Virus record (IMG/VR): IMGVR_UViG_3300044655_001017
From: a virus
Lineage: Duplodnaviria; Caudoviricetes
Reading direction: 5' to 3' (one strand)
DNA: 64,000 nt
Under the pieces are notes generated by a model, which was not told the origin of the DNA, did no database searches, and saw nothing but the letters and a program-made list of their open reading frames with translations. Below are positions 1 through 10,539 of the stretch, piece by piece; the stretch's first letter is position 1, and each line of letters begins with the position of its first letter. The translations under genes were made by a program, and so were the position numbers.

Positions 1-3000
1 CCGTAATTACCAAACGTGTTAGAACAACCAACACCTCTAACGTTACTACCGTTATTAGCCCATAACCCTGTGTGCGCATAATACGTAAATGTACATACCT
101 GTTCAGTAAACGCACCATTTGTTGCAATAACACCATATGCTAAGTCGTTAAGCATAGCAAAGTCGTTACCTAACATCGAACGGTTACCGCCTGTTTCTAA
201 ATTAACTCTTAAGTTAGCACCGTTATTTAAGAAAGTTGTTACGGTTGTTGCAACAGTTGTCATTGCAGCAGTCATTGTGTTATATGCAGTAGTATTTGCA
301 CCATCTGCTAACGTTGGAAATACAACAGTTGGGGCAGATGTAAACGCACCATCTGCAATGTAATCAATTAACAGATCACACAATGAATTAACTGAAGTAA
401 CATAGCTAGCTGGGGAACTAGGTGGGTTTGCGGTAATTTGTGTTAAATTGTTGCCAGGAGATTTAATCCAACTAGTGTTAGCATTGATGATGTATCCAAG
501 TATAGTTTTTAACCGTGTTTGTGCACCTGTGCATACTAAAGTTATACCTTGAATGATAGCAGTACCATTAAAATAAAAAGAAATTGCACTATCGTAGGTT
601 TGGCTATTACCGCCATAGAACACGTCATAAGTAATTGCATCAACAATATACCCGATATCACGTTCGCTAGTTAGCACGTTGTACTGCGGATAGTTACTAA
701 GTGTAAAATTGCTTGCAATCCACGAACTAATTTCTGAGTTAATAAATGACTTATTAAGTTGAATAATATCACGAACTTTATTTTTATCAGCAGTTGCACT
801 AGTTGACCATGTTAATGTTGGAGTTGCATTTACCCCATTCGATAGCATACTTGTTACTACACGCACATTATCTGTTAAAATAGATGTATTTGAAAAATAT
901 TCATTACCTAGCGATGTAGCCTTATTAATACCTGCAACTGTTAAATCTTGCAATCCGCCAATCAACGCACTTGAATAAGGTCTTAAGAATGCTCTACCGG
1001 CATGTACTGAACGATAATTAGTTCCTAAAATAACATCAGTTGCAGCAGCATCAAGCACATATCCTACATCTCTCTGTGCTTTAACCTCATCATAACTAAG
1101 AGCTTGTGTGATTGGGTCATACATATAAGTAGTTGACGTATTTAATCGTAATACTACAGTTTTAGATGTTGCATCAAAACTTACAATATCATCAATCTGA
1201 TATCGTTTACCTCTTACATAAAACGAACATGGAGGTTGAGGTGGCCTAATATCAAGACCACTATTTGTTTCACCTACTACGGTTATAGTAAGACCGTAGT
1301 CTTCAATTTGAGTAATAGTTCCATATACCCTTCCGGCAAATCCGTCAATGAACATCCCGCCAGCAAATCGTTTATAGTTGTTACTTTGTGAAAAACTAGA
1401 ACATTCTTGAATATAAGGAGACTTAGTTTTAATGTTACCTTCTGGATCAAGTACCATACCAAATCCGCCATGTCCTTGGAATGTAACACCAATAATACGA
1501 TTTCCTTCATTACATAAGAATACGTCAATTAATTTATTATTCTTAGCAGTACTTGTTACATCTAATGGATTAGTTAAATAATGACGTCCATAATTGATAG
1601 TTCCAAATATTTTCCAATCATTGGCTTCATATAAACCGGCATTTGTAAACGGATAAATTACTGTACAGTTAAACGTATTACCGCTTACAGAGTCAATTAC
1701 GGCTTTACCTCGTTTTGCATTACCATTAGTAACATTGGTATCGGCAACAACTTTTCCAACCCAACTTAACAATGCTTGATAATTGTCACTTAGAGTAACA
1801 ACAATCTTATTAGTAACACCATCAAGTGTTGCAGTGATACCTTCAGGAGCGTAATTTGTTCCAGTGTAATCAACTAACCCAACTTCTAAACCATCAATAA
1901 CTGCATCGCGATAGAAAAATATTTTACGCCATGGACTTTGACTGATTCGATCTTTAGGACGAATTAGTGTCCTACGCATTTCATCACCACGTATTGAAAC
2001 GTTTGGTGGAAGTCTTAATGGATAATCTTCGTAGTAAATACCGCTTTCAACAAAAATTGTAATATTTAAATCTTGAACAGTTTCGCCAAATTCTAATTGT
2101 TCGTTAACTTTAAAAAATCCCGGTTTAGTTAACCGAACTTGAATAGTGTCAACATCTGGTAATACACCAACACCGGATGTATCTTCACCTGGTGCATATT
2201 TTACAATACTTGCATACGCCTCAGATGCTATAATTGACGGAGTTACACCAACTGCTGGCGCGCCAACGCCTACTACTACTTTTGCAGGAAAAATATCATT
2301 GTTTAACGGAGATCCTTGATCTACGAACCCACGGCCGCCATTATCAACAGCAATATGCCATATGCCAGTACCGTACGACGGTGTTGATGCTGCACTTATA
2401 CCAAATTGGATAATATTAGTAATAGTTTGCATACCTGATAAAAATTCATCTTGTGTTGTTTCGTCAGTGACACTAGTAGTTGTGCCAGTTACTCCAATTG
2501 ATGCAGACGGACATTGCGATATAGATGAGAACGAATATACTTGTGCAATTAGTTGATACCTGATTGCAGAAGTTTTAGTTAACACTTGTAAACCAACTCT
2601 AGTTGCAAATTGCAATGCATCTAGTGATTGTAAATAATGTGTTCCTCCAACTGCAATAGTTCTTGCGCTTGCATTTTTATAAAAACTTTTTCCAGAGGTA
2701 ACTGACTGTAACGTTCCTCCAGTAATTAAATCAATTGATAACCCGTCAATAATGTTACCTATATCTCTAAAACAGCGTGATTCGTCATATACAAATCCAC
2801 CTGCAAACTTTTCAGACACATATGTTGTAGTGCTAGTAGTAATTGCAGTAATATTAGATAAAATTAAATTACGCAACCGAATTGATGTAGTGTATGTACT
2901 ACCAACAAATGTTTCTAAATTAACAGGCACTGCTTCAGTAACTGATAAGTTTAATACTCCTATAATTGAATTAAATTTAGTATCAATTAACAACGCAACT

Positions 3001-6000
3001 TTGTTTGTTGTATCGCCGGTTATATTACCAGTAATATACGATAATGTTTTAGTTCTTGCAGTATTAATCACGTCTTGAGTAATAAGGGTAGATCCAATAA
3101 TGCTAAGTTGTTGAGCTGCACGAAAACTTGCAGTAGTTCCGCCAAATGTTATATCATAACAAATTGCAACAACAATATTGTTAACTTCTTGTATAAGTTT
3201 TGGAACATTGATTGTAATATTAGATGCAGTACCAGGACCGTATGTAGCAACAATTCCGCCAGGACCGCTAACAGTGTCTGTTGCAATAGTACTAATTACT
3301 GAATACGTAAGTATTGATCTTGCTTGTGATATCATTGCAGTAGTAATGCCAGTATTAACTGTTACTGTTAATAATGGATAACTTGGTAATTGTGTTGGTA
3401 CAGAACCAGATTCAACAATATCAATAATTGTTTGAAATAACGTTGCAATCTTATCTTGATTGTCAGTATCATTAATTACTGGGTAAAACTGATCCATATA
3501 CCACGAAGTTGATGTAGTTAATCCAGTAGTATAAACACTACGAGTAGTTTCAATTGCAGTAAACACTGTTTGTAATTCAACTGCACTGGTTAAAATATTT
3601 GGATACGCAATGCTTACTGGAACATTTAAAAAGTCAGTTACTATAGTTGCAATCAACTCAACATTGTTAGTTACTGAATCAGTTGCAACTTCTCCCTGCA
3701 GTAATGTGTCATTTCTGTATTGCCTAACTGATTGCTGATATGTAACTCCTACAATATCGTTTGCAATAATAGGCCGTACTAAACTAGATATATTCCTAAT
3801 TGCCGCAATGCATGCTTCTTTTTCTGAAGAATTAAGGTAGCTAGTAGTTGGTGTAGGCCAGTATTGTTTAGCAGCATACACGCTTTGACTGTTTCCACCG
3901 TATGTTAAATCGTATACTAAACTCCAAATAACATATTTTACATCTCGATTAGATAATGCTCTATCATATATTACATTTGGATATTCAGAACTTAAAAATG
4001 CTAATGTTTCTGCTTGAATAAATGCAATATTTTCTAACAATAGCTGTTTAGCTGATGCATGTCCAATTGGGTCCCAGGTTAGTCTACCAGTTCCATTAGT
4101 AGTTAACGGGATTGCACTGCCGCCTAATGACGTTGCTAATTTAAAATTGTTAGTTGTTCTATTAACTACATAATAATTAGTTTGAATTGAAATGCCAGTA
4201 GTTATTGATATTTGTTCAAATGATATAATATCACCATTTGCAAAACTGTGATTTAATAATGTAACTAAGTCACCCGAATCAGTAAATGAAACTGCTTTGC
4301 CTAACGGTGTAAGTTGTGCAGGATAACTTACATTTGGTAATATGCCATCAACAACATATTCTGCTATTAATTTAGTGTTTGCTTTGATTAACGCAGTTGC
4401 AACTGGCAAATTCTTAACTGCCGGAGTTAACAATAAAATATTAATTAAATTGTGTCTATCAATTGTGCCAACTACGGTAAATTGATCAACAATTAATCCC
4501 GTAGTGCCTTTATCAAAACTAATTGACGACGCAGTAGCAGCAGTCACAATGTAAGAAATAACTGCCCCACCGCTTAACGATGTTAATGTAACCGGAGATG
4601 TCGTAATGGTTTTGCTTGTAAACGTTGCATTAATATGAACACGGCTACCTACTGGGTAAATTATTGACGATTGTGTAGCAAACGTTATTGTTATAATTGA
4701 CCCATTACATACTGCAGAAACTAATGTAATTGGATTAACAGTTAACATTGATGCTAACTCAGTAGCACTTATTTTAGTATTAGCATTTTTAAATGCAATA
4801 CCTGCTTGGATACTTTGATAATTTGACTGAAATAATGCATCATATGCAAGTGCATCAATTATTTGTCCAGTATATGTTTGTAATGCTGCGGGGTTGTATG
4901 AAAAATCAATAATTTGATCTCTTACAAACTTAATTGTTTCAACCCACTGTATTAATCCATCACTAGTTGGATAATCGTGTATGTAACTCACACCTTCCCA
5001 GTATGAATTGTAATTAGTACCTGATACACTTGAATTTGGATTTGTAGAACCTAATAACACATCGTTTCCAATGCTTGTTAACAACGATGAAATTTTAGAT
5101 GCAAGTTCGGCATGATTATATACATACGGATTAACATATTTTTTATTAATGTATGCAATAGTTTCAGCTTGAATAAACTCACGATTTGCTTGCAATAAAT
5201 TAAAGGCCGACACATAACTAGCAGTTCCGCTATTTCCGCCGGTTAATGTAACTTTTTGAATTGTTGAAAAACTTTGATCCGGCCCGACAGTATACGATAC
5301 ACGTTGTTTATAAGGGCCTGGTTCTTGACTTGCAATTGATATCAATGATTCAGCGTGTAATAATGCAGACCCGAATGATTTAAATGCATAATTCCAAAAT
5401 CTACCTTCTTTACCTACAGGAGTTCTTGATTGTAAATCATCGCCACTAGTTGCAACAAATAGATTAACAGTACTTGAAAATGTTTTATTATCAACATAAA
5501 ATGCAGTAGCCGCTTGTAGATCTTCTTTATTATCAGCACCAATCGTTCCTGCTAAATCTTTAGGATGATCGTTTAGATATAATGGACCAGACATTGTATC
5601 ACCACCGCGATACACTGCATTTTTACGAGGTAATACTTCAGTTGATAAGTAGTTGCCAGTTAATGTTGAATCATATGCAGGATTAGTAGTATCAGGTACT
5701 GTTGGTTCGTTTCGTGCATTAACCGGACCAGGTACAATTACCCCTGTTGAATCTACTATACCGATTGTGCCATCTTCAGTTAATCGAACATAATTTCGGT
5801 TAGCATACCCAACGTTAACTGGTAATTGATCAAATGTTGTTTGTGTATCCCATACAAGATTAAATGCATCAACTATTTCTTGGCTTGGGTCAGGAACACG
5901 ACCTACCGGATTTAAATTTATGTTAAGTGGAAATTTAATTTCAGGTGAAATATCATCCGAAATCTTTGCAGCACGTGATGAAAATGTTACAGTATGAGTA

Positions 6001-6272
6001 TCTGTTTCAGTGTTATCTGCAATAACAATATCAATGTTTGTGCCTGGAATAATGGTTCGAGCAGCTAGTCTACTGCCATCTGCACTACCCATAATAAGTT
6101 GGTTTCCAACGTACTCGGTTCCATCACCTAATTGTGAAAGTGTTATGCGTCCTTGACCAAAAATACTATAAATTTCATTAAAGTTTTCGTTAACCTTACG
6201 AAACGAGTCACGTATACTGTCACCAGTTCCGTCGTTACCTTGTACTCCGATATCAATTATCTGTTTTGCCAT
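1..6272 (-). CDS. Giant virion structural / tail fibre-type protein, 3' end outside window (>2,000 aa)
   Basis: ATG at 6272 reads MAKQIIDIGVQGNDGTGDSIRDSFRKVNENFNEIY, like T4-type baseplate/fibre N-termini. The same frame is still open at the window edge (GLWANNGSNVRGVGCSNTFGNY). It is absent from the ORF track, consistent with having no stop in the window. It contains VESGIYYEDYPLRLPPNVSIRGDE and repeated RD(I/V)GY-type modules. Confidence 0.8.
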   Translation of the reverse strand, partial: MAKQIIDIGVQGNDGTGDSIRDSFRKVNENFNEIYSIFGQGRITLSQLGDGTEYVGNQLIMGSADGSRLAARTIIPGTNIDIVIADNTETDTHTVTFSSRAAKISDDISPEIKFPLNINLNPVGRVPDPSQEIVDAFNLVWDTQTTFDQLPVNVGYANRNYVRLTEDGTIGIVDSTGVIVPGPVNARNEPTVPDTTNPAYDSTLTGNYLSTEVLPRKNAVYRGGDTMSGPLYLNDHPKDLAGTIGADNKEDLQAATAFYVDNKTFSSTVNLFVATSGDDLQSRTPVGKEGRFWNYAFKSFGSALLHAESLISIASQEPGPYKQRVSYTVGPDQSFSTIQKVTLTGGNSGTASYVSAFNLLQANREFIQAETIAYINKKYVNPYVYNHAELASKISSLLTSIGNDVLLGSTNPNSSVSGTNYNSYWEGVSYIHDYPTSDGLIQWVETIKFVRDQIIDFSYNPAALQTYTGQIIDALAYDALFQSNYQSIQAGIAFKNANTKISATELASMLTVNPITLVSAVCNGSIITITFATQSSIIYPVGSRVHINATFTSKTITTSPVTLTSLSGGAVISYIVTAATASSISFDKGTTGLIVDQFTVVGTIDRHNLINILLLTPAVKNLPVATALIKANTKLIAEYVVDGILPNVSYPAQLTPLGKAVSFTDSGDLVTLLNHSFANGDIISFEQISITTGISIQTNYYVVNRTTNNFKLATSLGGSAIPLTTNGTGRLTWDPIGHASAKQLLLENIAFIQAETLAFLSSEYPNVIYDRALSNRDVKYVIWSLVYDLTYGGNSQSVYAAKQYWPTPTTSYLNSSEKEACIAAIRNISSLVRPIIANDIVGVTYQQSVRQYRNDTLLQGEVATDSVTNNVELIATIVTDFLNVPVSIAYPNILTSAVELQTVFTAIETTRSVYTTGLTTSTSWYMDQFYPVINDTDNQDKIATLFQTIIDIVESGSVPTQLPSYPLLTVTVNTGITTAMISQARSILTYSVISTIATDTVSGPGGIVATYGPGTASNITINVPKLIQEVNNIVVAICYDITFGGTTASFRAAQQLSIIGSTLITQDVINTARTKTLSYITGNITGDTTNKVALLIDTKFNSIIGVLNLSVTEAVPVNLETFVGSTYTTSIRLRNLILSNITAITTSTTTYVSEKFAGGFVYDESRCFRDIGNIIDGLSIDLITGGTLQSVTSGKSFYKNASARTIAVGGTHYLQSLDALQFATRVGLQVLTKTSAIRYQLIAQVYSFSSISQCPSASIGVTGTTTSVTDETTQDEFLSGMQTITNIIQFGISAASTPSYGTGIWHIAVDNGGRGFVDQGSPLNNDIFPAKVVVGVGAPAVGVTPSIIASEAYASIVKYAPGEDTSGVGVLPDVDTIQVRLTKPGFFKVNEQLEFGETVQDLNITIFVESGIYYEDYPLRLPPNVSIRGDEMRRTLIRPKDRISQSPWRKIFFYRDAVIDGLEVGLVDYTGTNYAPEGITATLDGVTNKIVVTLSDNYQALLSWVGKVVADTNVTNGNAKRGKAVIDSVSGNTFNCTVIYPFTNAGLYEANDWKIFGTINYGRHYLTNPLDVTSTAKNNKLIDVFLCNEGNRIIGVTFQGHGGFGMVLDPEGNIKTKSPYIQECSSFSQSNNYKRFAGGMFIDGFAGRVYGTITQIEDYGLTITVVGETNSGLDIRPPQPPCSFYVRGKRYQIDDIVSFDATSKTVVLRLNTSTTYMYDPITQALSYDEVKAQRDVGYVLDAAATDVILGTNYRSVHAGRAFLRPYSSALIGGLQDLTVAGINKATSLGNEYFSNTSILTDNVRVVTSMLSNGVNATPTLTWSTSATADKNKVRDIIQLNKSFINSEISSWIASNFTLSNYPQYNVLTSERDIGYIVDAITYDVFYGGNSQTYDSAISFYFNGTAIIQGITLVCTGAQTRLKTILGYIINANTSWIKSPGNNLTQITANPPSSPASYVTSVNSLCDLLIDYIADGAFTSAPTVVFPTLADGANTTAYNTMTAAMTTVATTVTTFLNNGANLRVNLETGGNRSMLGNDFAMLNDLAYGVIATNGAFTEQVCTFTYYAHTGLWANNGSNVRGVGCSNTFGNY

Positions 6273-6310
6273 ATTAAGTTACACCCCTTCTGTGAACATA
6301 TCGTTTATGG

Positions 6311-6318
6311 TATTTATC
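6311..6318 (-). promoter_or_regulatory. T4-like late promoter candidate (GATAAATA)
   Basis: TATTTATC on the + strand, about 40 nt upstream of the ATG at 6272; resembles the T4 late consensus TATAAATA. Confidence 0.5.
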
Positions 6319-6351
6319 AAAAAAATTTTATAATCTTAATGTAAATACAAT

Positions 6352-6639
6352 ATGGTCATCTCTACTGAATACATAACAACATTATATGCTCGCACTAGTA
6401 AACTAGGTGTAGAGCATACATATGTTCGAAAGAAAACTATTATAATTTTACGATGTGATAGTTGTAGTACAATTTTTAATCGTGAAAAAGGTTCAATGGA
6501 TCCTGCAAGATTATCTAATCAATTTTATCATGTTTGTAGTAGTTGTGATGCTAAAAAATTTGCACAATCAAAAGGAGTTGAACGAAGAAAAATATGGGAA
6601 ATGCCAGTTAGTAGTCTAAAGACATTAGGCCAATTATAA
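6352..6639 (+). CDS. Hypothetical zinc-ribbon protein
   Basis: 95 aa with two CxxC pairs (CDSC, CSSC). Confidence 0.6.
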   Translation: MVISTEYITTLYARTSKLGVEHTYVRKKTIIILRCDSCSTIFNREKGSMDPARLSNQFYHVCSSCDAKKFAQSKGVERRKIWEMPVSSLKTLGQL

Positions 6640-6642
6640 ATA
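6635..6642 (+). promoter_or_regulatory. T4-like late promoter (TATAAATA)
   Basis: Exact TATAAATA followed by GGAG RBS and ATG at 6659. Confidence 0.6.
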
Positions 6643-6658
6643 TGAAAAAGGAGATTTT

Positions 6659-6991
6659 ATGTTTAAATTTATTAAATCATTATTTAAAAGAAAACCAACT
6701 AACACTGAAGTAGAATCAAAATGTCCGTTCTTAGTACATACTGATATTGGTGAAAGTATTGTCATTAAAGAAGTTAAATTGGAAGATGTAAAACCAAAGA
6801 CACGCAAACCAAAAGCAACACAATTAAAAGAAGTTAACTTAGTTGAAGATCCAGTAGTAGCTAAAGGAGTTAAACCTGCAGCTAAGAAAACCAAACCTAA
6901 ACAAGTTAAATCTGAACCTGCAAAAATTGTGCAACTTGTACAACCGTTACCAACTAAGAAAAAAGGTCGTCCTAAAAAAGATAAGGTATAG
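6659..6991 (+). CDS. Lys-rich hypothetical protein with C-terminal AT-hook-like motif
   Basis: GGAG RBS; amphipathic N-terminus MFKFIKSLFKRK; ends KKKGRPKKDKV. Confidence 0.65.
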   Translation: MFKFIKSLFKRKPTNTEVESKCPFLVHTDIGESIVIKEVKLEDVKPKTRKPKATQLKEVNLVEDPVVAKGVKPAAKKTKPKQVKSEPAKIVQLVQPLPTKKKGRPKKDKV

Positions 6992-7065
6992 TAGATACAT
7001 ATAAATTTGCAATATTTGCACAAGTATGTTATTATAATACTTTATATTAACTAAGAGGTGCTACT

Positions 7066-8061
7066 GTGAAAAAAATTGGATTTGCTTGCAAATATGTTAA
7101 TAGAACTAAAACTGGATTTGAATCTGTTAAAGAATTAAATATGGGTGCTACTACAGTTGCATGGTTAGGACGCCAATCTACACAAGTAGCAGAAAAAAAG
7201 TTGTGGGACATTGCAATGCAAAATCTCACAGCAACTTCTAATCTCATTAGAAAGGTAGGTACTTTAGATGAACACTTACGTATGGTTCGTATTGGGTCTG
7301 ATGTTATTCCAATGTATACTCATGAGTTATATCGCAGCTTTTGGCAAGAACCATCAAGAATTAAAATTATCGAACAAAACTTATCTAAGATTGGACAATA
7401 TGCTAAAGATGCTAATATTCGTCTCAGTTTTCATCCTGGTCAGTTTGTCTGCATTGCTAGCGACAGAGATGATGTCATTACTCGATCTTTGGAAGAACTT
7501 GAATATCATGCTGACATGGCAAGATTTATGGGATTCGGTCAGTCTAAATTAGATCTTAAGATTAATGTACATGTTAGTGGTAGACGTGGCATAGCAGGTT
7601 TTGATGCTGCATGGCAACGAATGAGTCCAGAACTGCGTAACTGCTTAACATTAGAGAACGACGAGTACCAACAAGGTTTAGATGAGTTGTTAGCGTTGAA
7701 AGACAAGGTCGGTATCGTGCTTGATATACATCATCATTTTATTAAAACAGGCGAATATATAAAAGCATCTGATCCTAGAATACAAGGTGTACTTGAAAGT
7801 TGGCAAGGTGTTAGACCAACATTCCATTACAGTCAATCAAAATCAGAATTAATACCTCGTACTGGTATGACAACTATGGAAACATTACTTGAATCTACTT
7901 CTAAAAGTAAATTACGAGCTCATAGTGATTTTTATACAAATAAAGATATTAACAGATGGGCACTAACACATCTTGAATGGGGTAACATGATGGCGGAATC
8001 TAAAGCTAAGAACCTAGCATCATTTGAACTGTTTGACCAGTTTAAAGAAGAATTTATGTAA
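7066..8061 (+). CDS. uvsE: UV damage endonuclease (UvsE/UVDE family)
   Basis: IGFACK start, RLSFHPGQF, LENDE, VLDIHHH, HYSQS, RAHSD and ESKAKNLA motifs; GAGGT RBS before GTG. Confidence 0.9.
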   Translation: MKKIGFACKYVNRTKTGFESVKELNMGATTVAWLGRQSTQVAEKKLWDIAMQNLTATSNLIRKVGTLDEHLRMVRIGSDVIPMYTHELYRSFWQEPSRIKIIEQNLSKIGQYAKDANIRLSFHPGQFVCIASDRDDVITRSLEELEYHADMARFMGFGQSKLDLKINVHVSGRRGIAGFDAAWQRMSPELRNCLTLENDEYQQGLDELLALKDKVGIVLDIHHHFIKTGEYIKASDPRIQGVLESWQGVRPTFHYSQSKSELIPRTGMTTMETLLESTSKSKLRAHSDFYTNKDINRWALTHLEWGNMMAESKAKNLASFELFDQFKEEFM

Positions 8062-8066
8062 TCAAT

Positions 8067-8094
8067 AAAAAAGGCAGCTTACGCTGCCTTTTTT
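8067..8094. terminator. Bidirectional intrinsic terminator
   Basis: AAAAAAGGCAGC-TTAC-GCTGCCTTTTTT between convergent uvsE and queD. Confidence 0.85.
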
Positions 8095-8095
8095 C

Positions 8096-8629
8096 TTATC
8101 CTGTATATCTACAATGGCTTTTGCGAGTTTCCCACAGCTCAACTGCAGTAACCTTTGCTACATCACCTATACGTGATTGAGCATATTCAAACAAATACTT
8201 ACAAATGTTTTCACTAGTTGGTACAAAATCTACTAGTACAAAACTGTTATAATGTAATTGTTCACCTTCAGTTAATCCAACCCAGTTGTAACTTCCTAAG
8301 TTAGTAAAGTTTGCAAATGGGTGTTTGGCTTTGCTCCATTCGTTACCTGTAATTAACTTAAAGTTTGGATCATTGATATCAATCATAAACTTATGATCTA
8401 GCACATCATCTACAAATTGTTTCATAAAGTTTAAATTCTTAAAGTCTGTAACCATTTCTGAATGATCTAACGTATCAGAACCTAAAAATACTTTAATTGA
8501 ATAGCTGTGTCCGTGTAAATGCTTGCAGGCACAGTCAGTTGAAATACTTAACTCAACATGATTTAATTTTTGTGCCCATACTCTGTGTCCCATTTCAAAA
8601 TGAAACTCTTTATCTATTTCCCATTTCAT
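8096..8629 (-). CDS. queD: 6-carboxy-5,6,7,8-tetrahydropterin synthase (QueD)
   Basis: KEFHFEMGHR, CKHLHGHSY (CxxxHGH), MVTDF, LDHKF, PTSENI, ELWET. Confidence 0.9.
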   Translation of the reverse strand: MKWEIDKEFHFEMGHRVWAQKLNHVELSISTDCACKHLHGHSYSIKVFLGSDTLDHSEMVTDFKNLNFMKQFVDDVLDHKFMIDINDPNFKLITGNEWSKAKHPFANFTNLGSYNWVGLTEGEQLHYNSFVLVDFVPTSENICKYLFEYAQSRIGDVAKVTAVELWETRKSHCRYTG

Positions 8630-8656
8630 ATAATTGCCTGTCTATTAAAAAGCTAT

Positions 8657-8685
8657 ATTATATAATCATTGCTTCAAGAAGTCAA
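8657..8685 (-). promoter_or_regulatory. sigma70-type promoter for queD
   Basis: TTGACT-N17-TATAAT on the minus strand. Confidence 0.75.
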
Positions 8686-8686
8686 C

Positions 8687-9064
8687 CTACTTCTTCATAT
8701 CAGCACAACTATCTACTGCTGGACTGTTGCCAGTTGTTTCTTTACAATTCACAATAATCTTTATTTGGTCAAGATCTGATGTAATCTCATTTAATATTTG
8801 ATATTCAGAATGCACCGCCCTAACTATTTTACCAATTGCACTAACTGTCCAATACCACCAATTTACACTAACTATTAAACTAACCGAAATAATTCCCCAC
8901 CAAATTAAATTATTATTAAAACTAGAAAGATAAAACCAACTAACAATTATACCAATAACTGCTACTACTACTAACGAACTAGCATATAACCATAATCTAC
9001 GCTGCTGATAGATCACTTCTAACTCGACAGTATGATCTGTTATTTTATTTCTCACATCATCCAT
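8687..9064 (-). CDS. Small two-TM membrane protein
   Basis: Likely start MDDVRNK overlaps the upstream stop (TAATG); two hydrophobic segments. The track start at 9121 is probably too long. Confidence 0.65.
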   Translation of the reverse strand: MDDVRNKITDHTVELEVIYQQRRLWLYASSLVVVAVIGIIVSWFYLSSFNNNLIWWGIISVSLIVSVNWWYWTVSAIGKIVRAVHSEYQILNEITSDLDQIKIIVNCKETTGNSPAVDSCADMKK

Positions 9065-10521
9065 TACGCTCCTAATAAGCCAAACGGTTTCCACTCTCCC
9101 GGGGTGCCCGATTGTATACATATCCAGCCAACGTATCCATTAGTTGTTGGATTTTCATTCCAACAAATGTCACCTTTACAAAAGGATCCGTTGGATGGAA
9201 TACTTACACTATTTACAAACTTCTTATTGTTAAAACTTACAGTTCCATTAACTGATAAACTAACAGTAGGATCAGGATTAGAAATACCAATAGACAACGG
9301 CCCAAATACTTTAACTGGCCTGCGCATATCTTTAGTTGACCCTACAATTATTTCAGTTGCAGTAGCATACATTACATCGGTATTATTTGCAAGAATTGAT
9401 ATACTGTCATTTGAAGAAACAGTACTTACAGTAATTGCATCTACAGTTAACGGGTTTGCTAATGTAACTGACCCATTTAACCATGTACTGCCGTTTACTG
9501 TTAACTCTGTTAATTTACCTAATGTAACTAACGACGAATTTATTACCTTTAACCCTAATGCATTACTAGTAAGTACTTCTTCTCCGTTAATAAAGTATGA
9601 GTTTCCATTAGCTATGTCAAAAGACTCAGATGACCACACTCTTGATGGATCATCTATTAATACTAACTTCTTAGAAGAACTAGCAGAGTTCCACACTAAC
9701 CCTTTGTCGTAAATATTATTGTCTTTAGTAGCATTAAATTCTACAGAACTTGACCGATTAATTCGTACATCGGATACTATCGAATCTGCATATATTGAAC
9801 CAAAAACTCGTAACACTCCTGACTTACTAATTTGATCACTAATGTGAATTTCGCCAGAATTTTTTATAGTCATGCGAGCAGTATTATCACTAATAAATGC
9901 AATATCATGATTTGAATGAGTGCCAATCGATGCTAACCCGGATGCCGGACTACCAATAGTAATTTCAACATTATTATCTAAAATACTAATAGCTGCATTT
10001 GGTTCGTCTGTGCCTAACCCTAACCTTGCAGTAGTTTCGTCAAAGAATGCAAACCCGCCTAATGATGCAGTACCAATTACTGATAATGCAGTTAACGCAC
10101 CAACTTGTCTAAGGTTACTTCTAGTAATAGTTTGTCCTAAACTATTTGAACTTAGCACTGGAATGTTATCAATCATATATGACGAATCTACTGATAAGTC
10201 AAAGTTGCTATTTGTCCATATACGATTACCTGTACGGTAAATTAGTTGCACTGATCCTGCATCGCAATTCCAAGTAATCCCCTTGCCGTTGAGTTCGTCA
10301 AACGTCTTTGCATGCCAGTTACCAAAATCAGTAGTCTCAGAAATTAATTTTTTAACTCGCAAAACATCAGCTGTAATCTCACGTGATGATAAATCACCAT
10401 TGATATTAACCGATCCGTATGCAATGATATTGCCTTTAATAGCAAGGTTACTGTGTATTTCGGATACTGATAATTTATTAATAATAACAGTATCGTCTTG
10501 AATAGTAAATAAATGTGTCAT
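9064..10521 (-). CDS. Probable virion/tail structural protein
   Basis: 485 aa, beta-rich with an internal duplication (KGITW.../KGLVW...SFDL/SFDI); RLGLGTDEPN and GDICWN...GWICIQSGTPGEWKPFG tail-type motifs; late-promoter-like GATAAATA upstream. Confidence 0.65.
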   Translation of the reverse strand: MTHLFTIQDDTVIINKLSVSEIHSNLAIKGNIIAYGSVNINGDLSSREITADVLRVKKLISETTDFGNWHAKTFDELNGKGITWNCDAGSVQLIYRTGNRIWTNSNFDLSVDSSYMIDNIPVLSSNSLGQTITRSNLRQVGALTALSVIGTASLGGFAFFDETTARLGLGTDEPNAAISILDNNVEITIGSPASGLASIGTHSNHDIAFISDNTARMTIKNSGEIHISDQISKSGVLRVFGSIYADSIVSDVRINRSSSVEFNATKDNNIYDKGLVWNSASSSKKLVLIDDPSRVWSSESFDIANGNSYFINGEEVLTSNALGLKVINSSLVTLGKLTELTVNGSTWLNGSVTLANPLTVDAITVSTVSSNDSISILANNTDVMYATATEIIVGSTKDMRRPVKVFGPLSIGISNPDPTVSLSVNGTVSFNNKKFVNSVSIPSNGSFCKGDICWNENPTTNGYVGWICIQSGTPGEWKPFGLLGA

Positions 10522-10539
10522 AGTTAAGTCTCTTTTTAA

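Noticed and set aside
1283-6344. Short ORFs in the track (1283-1528, 2362-2556, 2752-3078, 3075-3302, 3178-3381, 6153-6344)
   Set aside because: They are shadows of the long minus-strand gene starting at 6272, with no RBS or family motifs.
8020-8061. UvsE C-terminal ELFDQF as another clamp-binding motif
   Set aside because: Weaker match that lacks the Asn and the F-[DE]-F spacing; could be chance.
9032-10501. Plus-strand ORFs 9032-9712, 9920-10240 and 10283-10501
   Set aside because: Antisense to the 485-aa gene, with composition typical of reverse-frame shadows.
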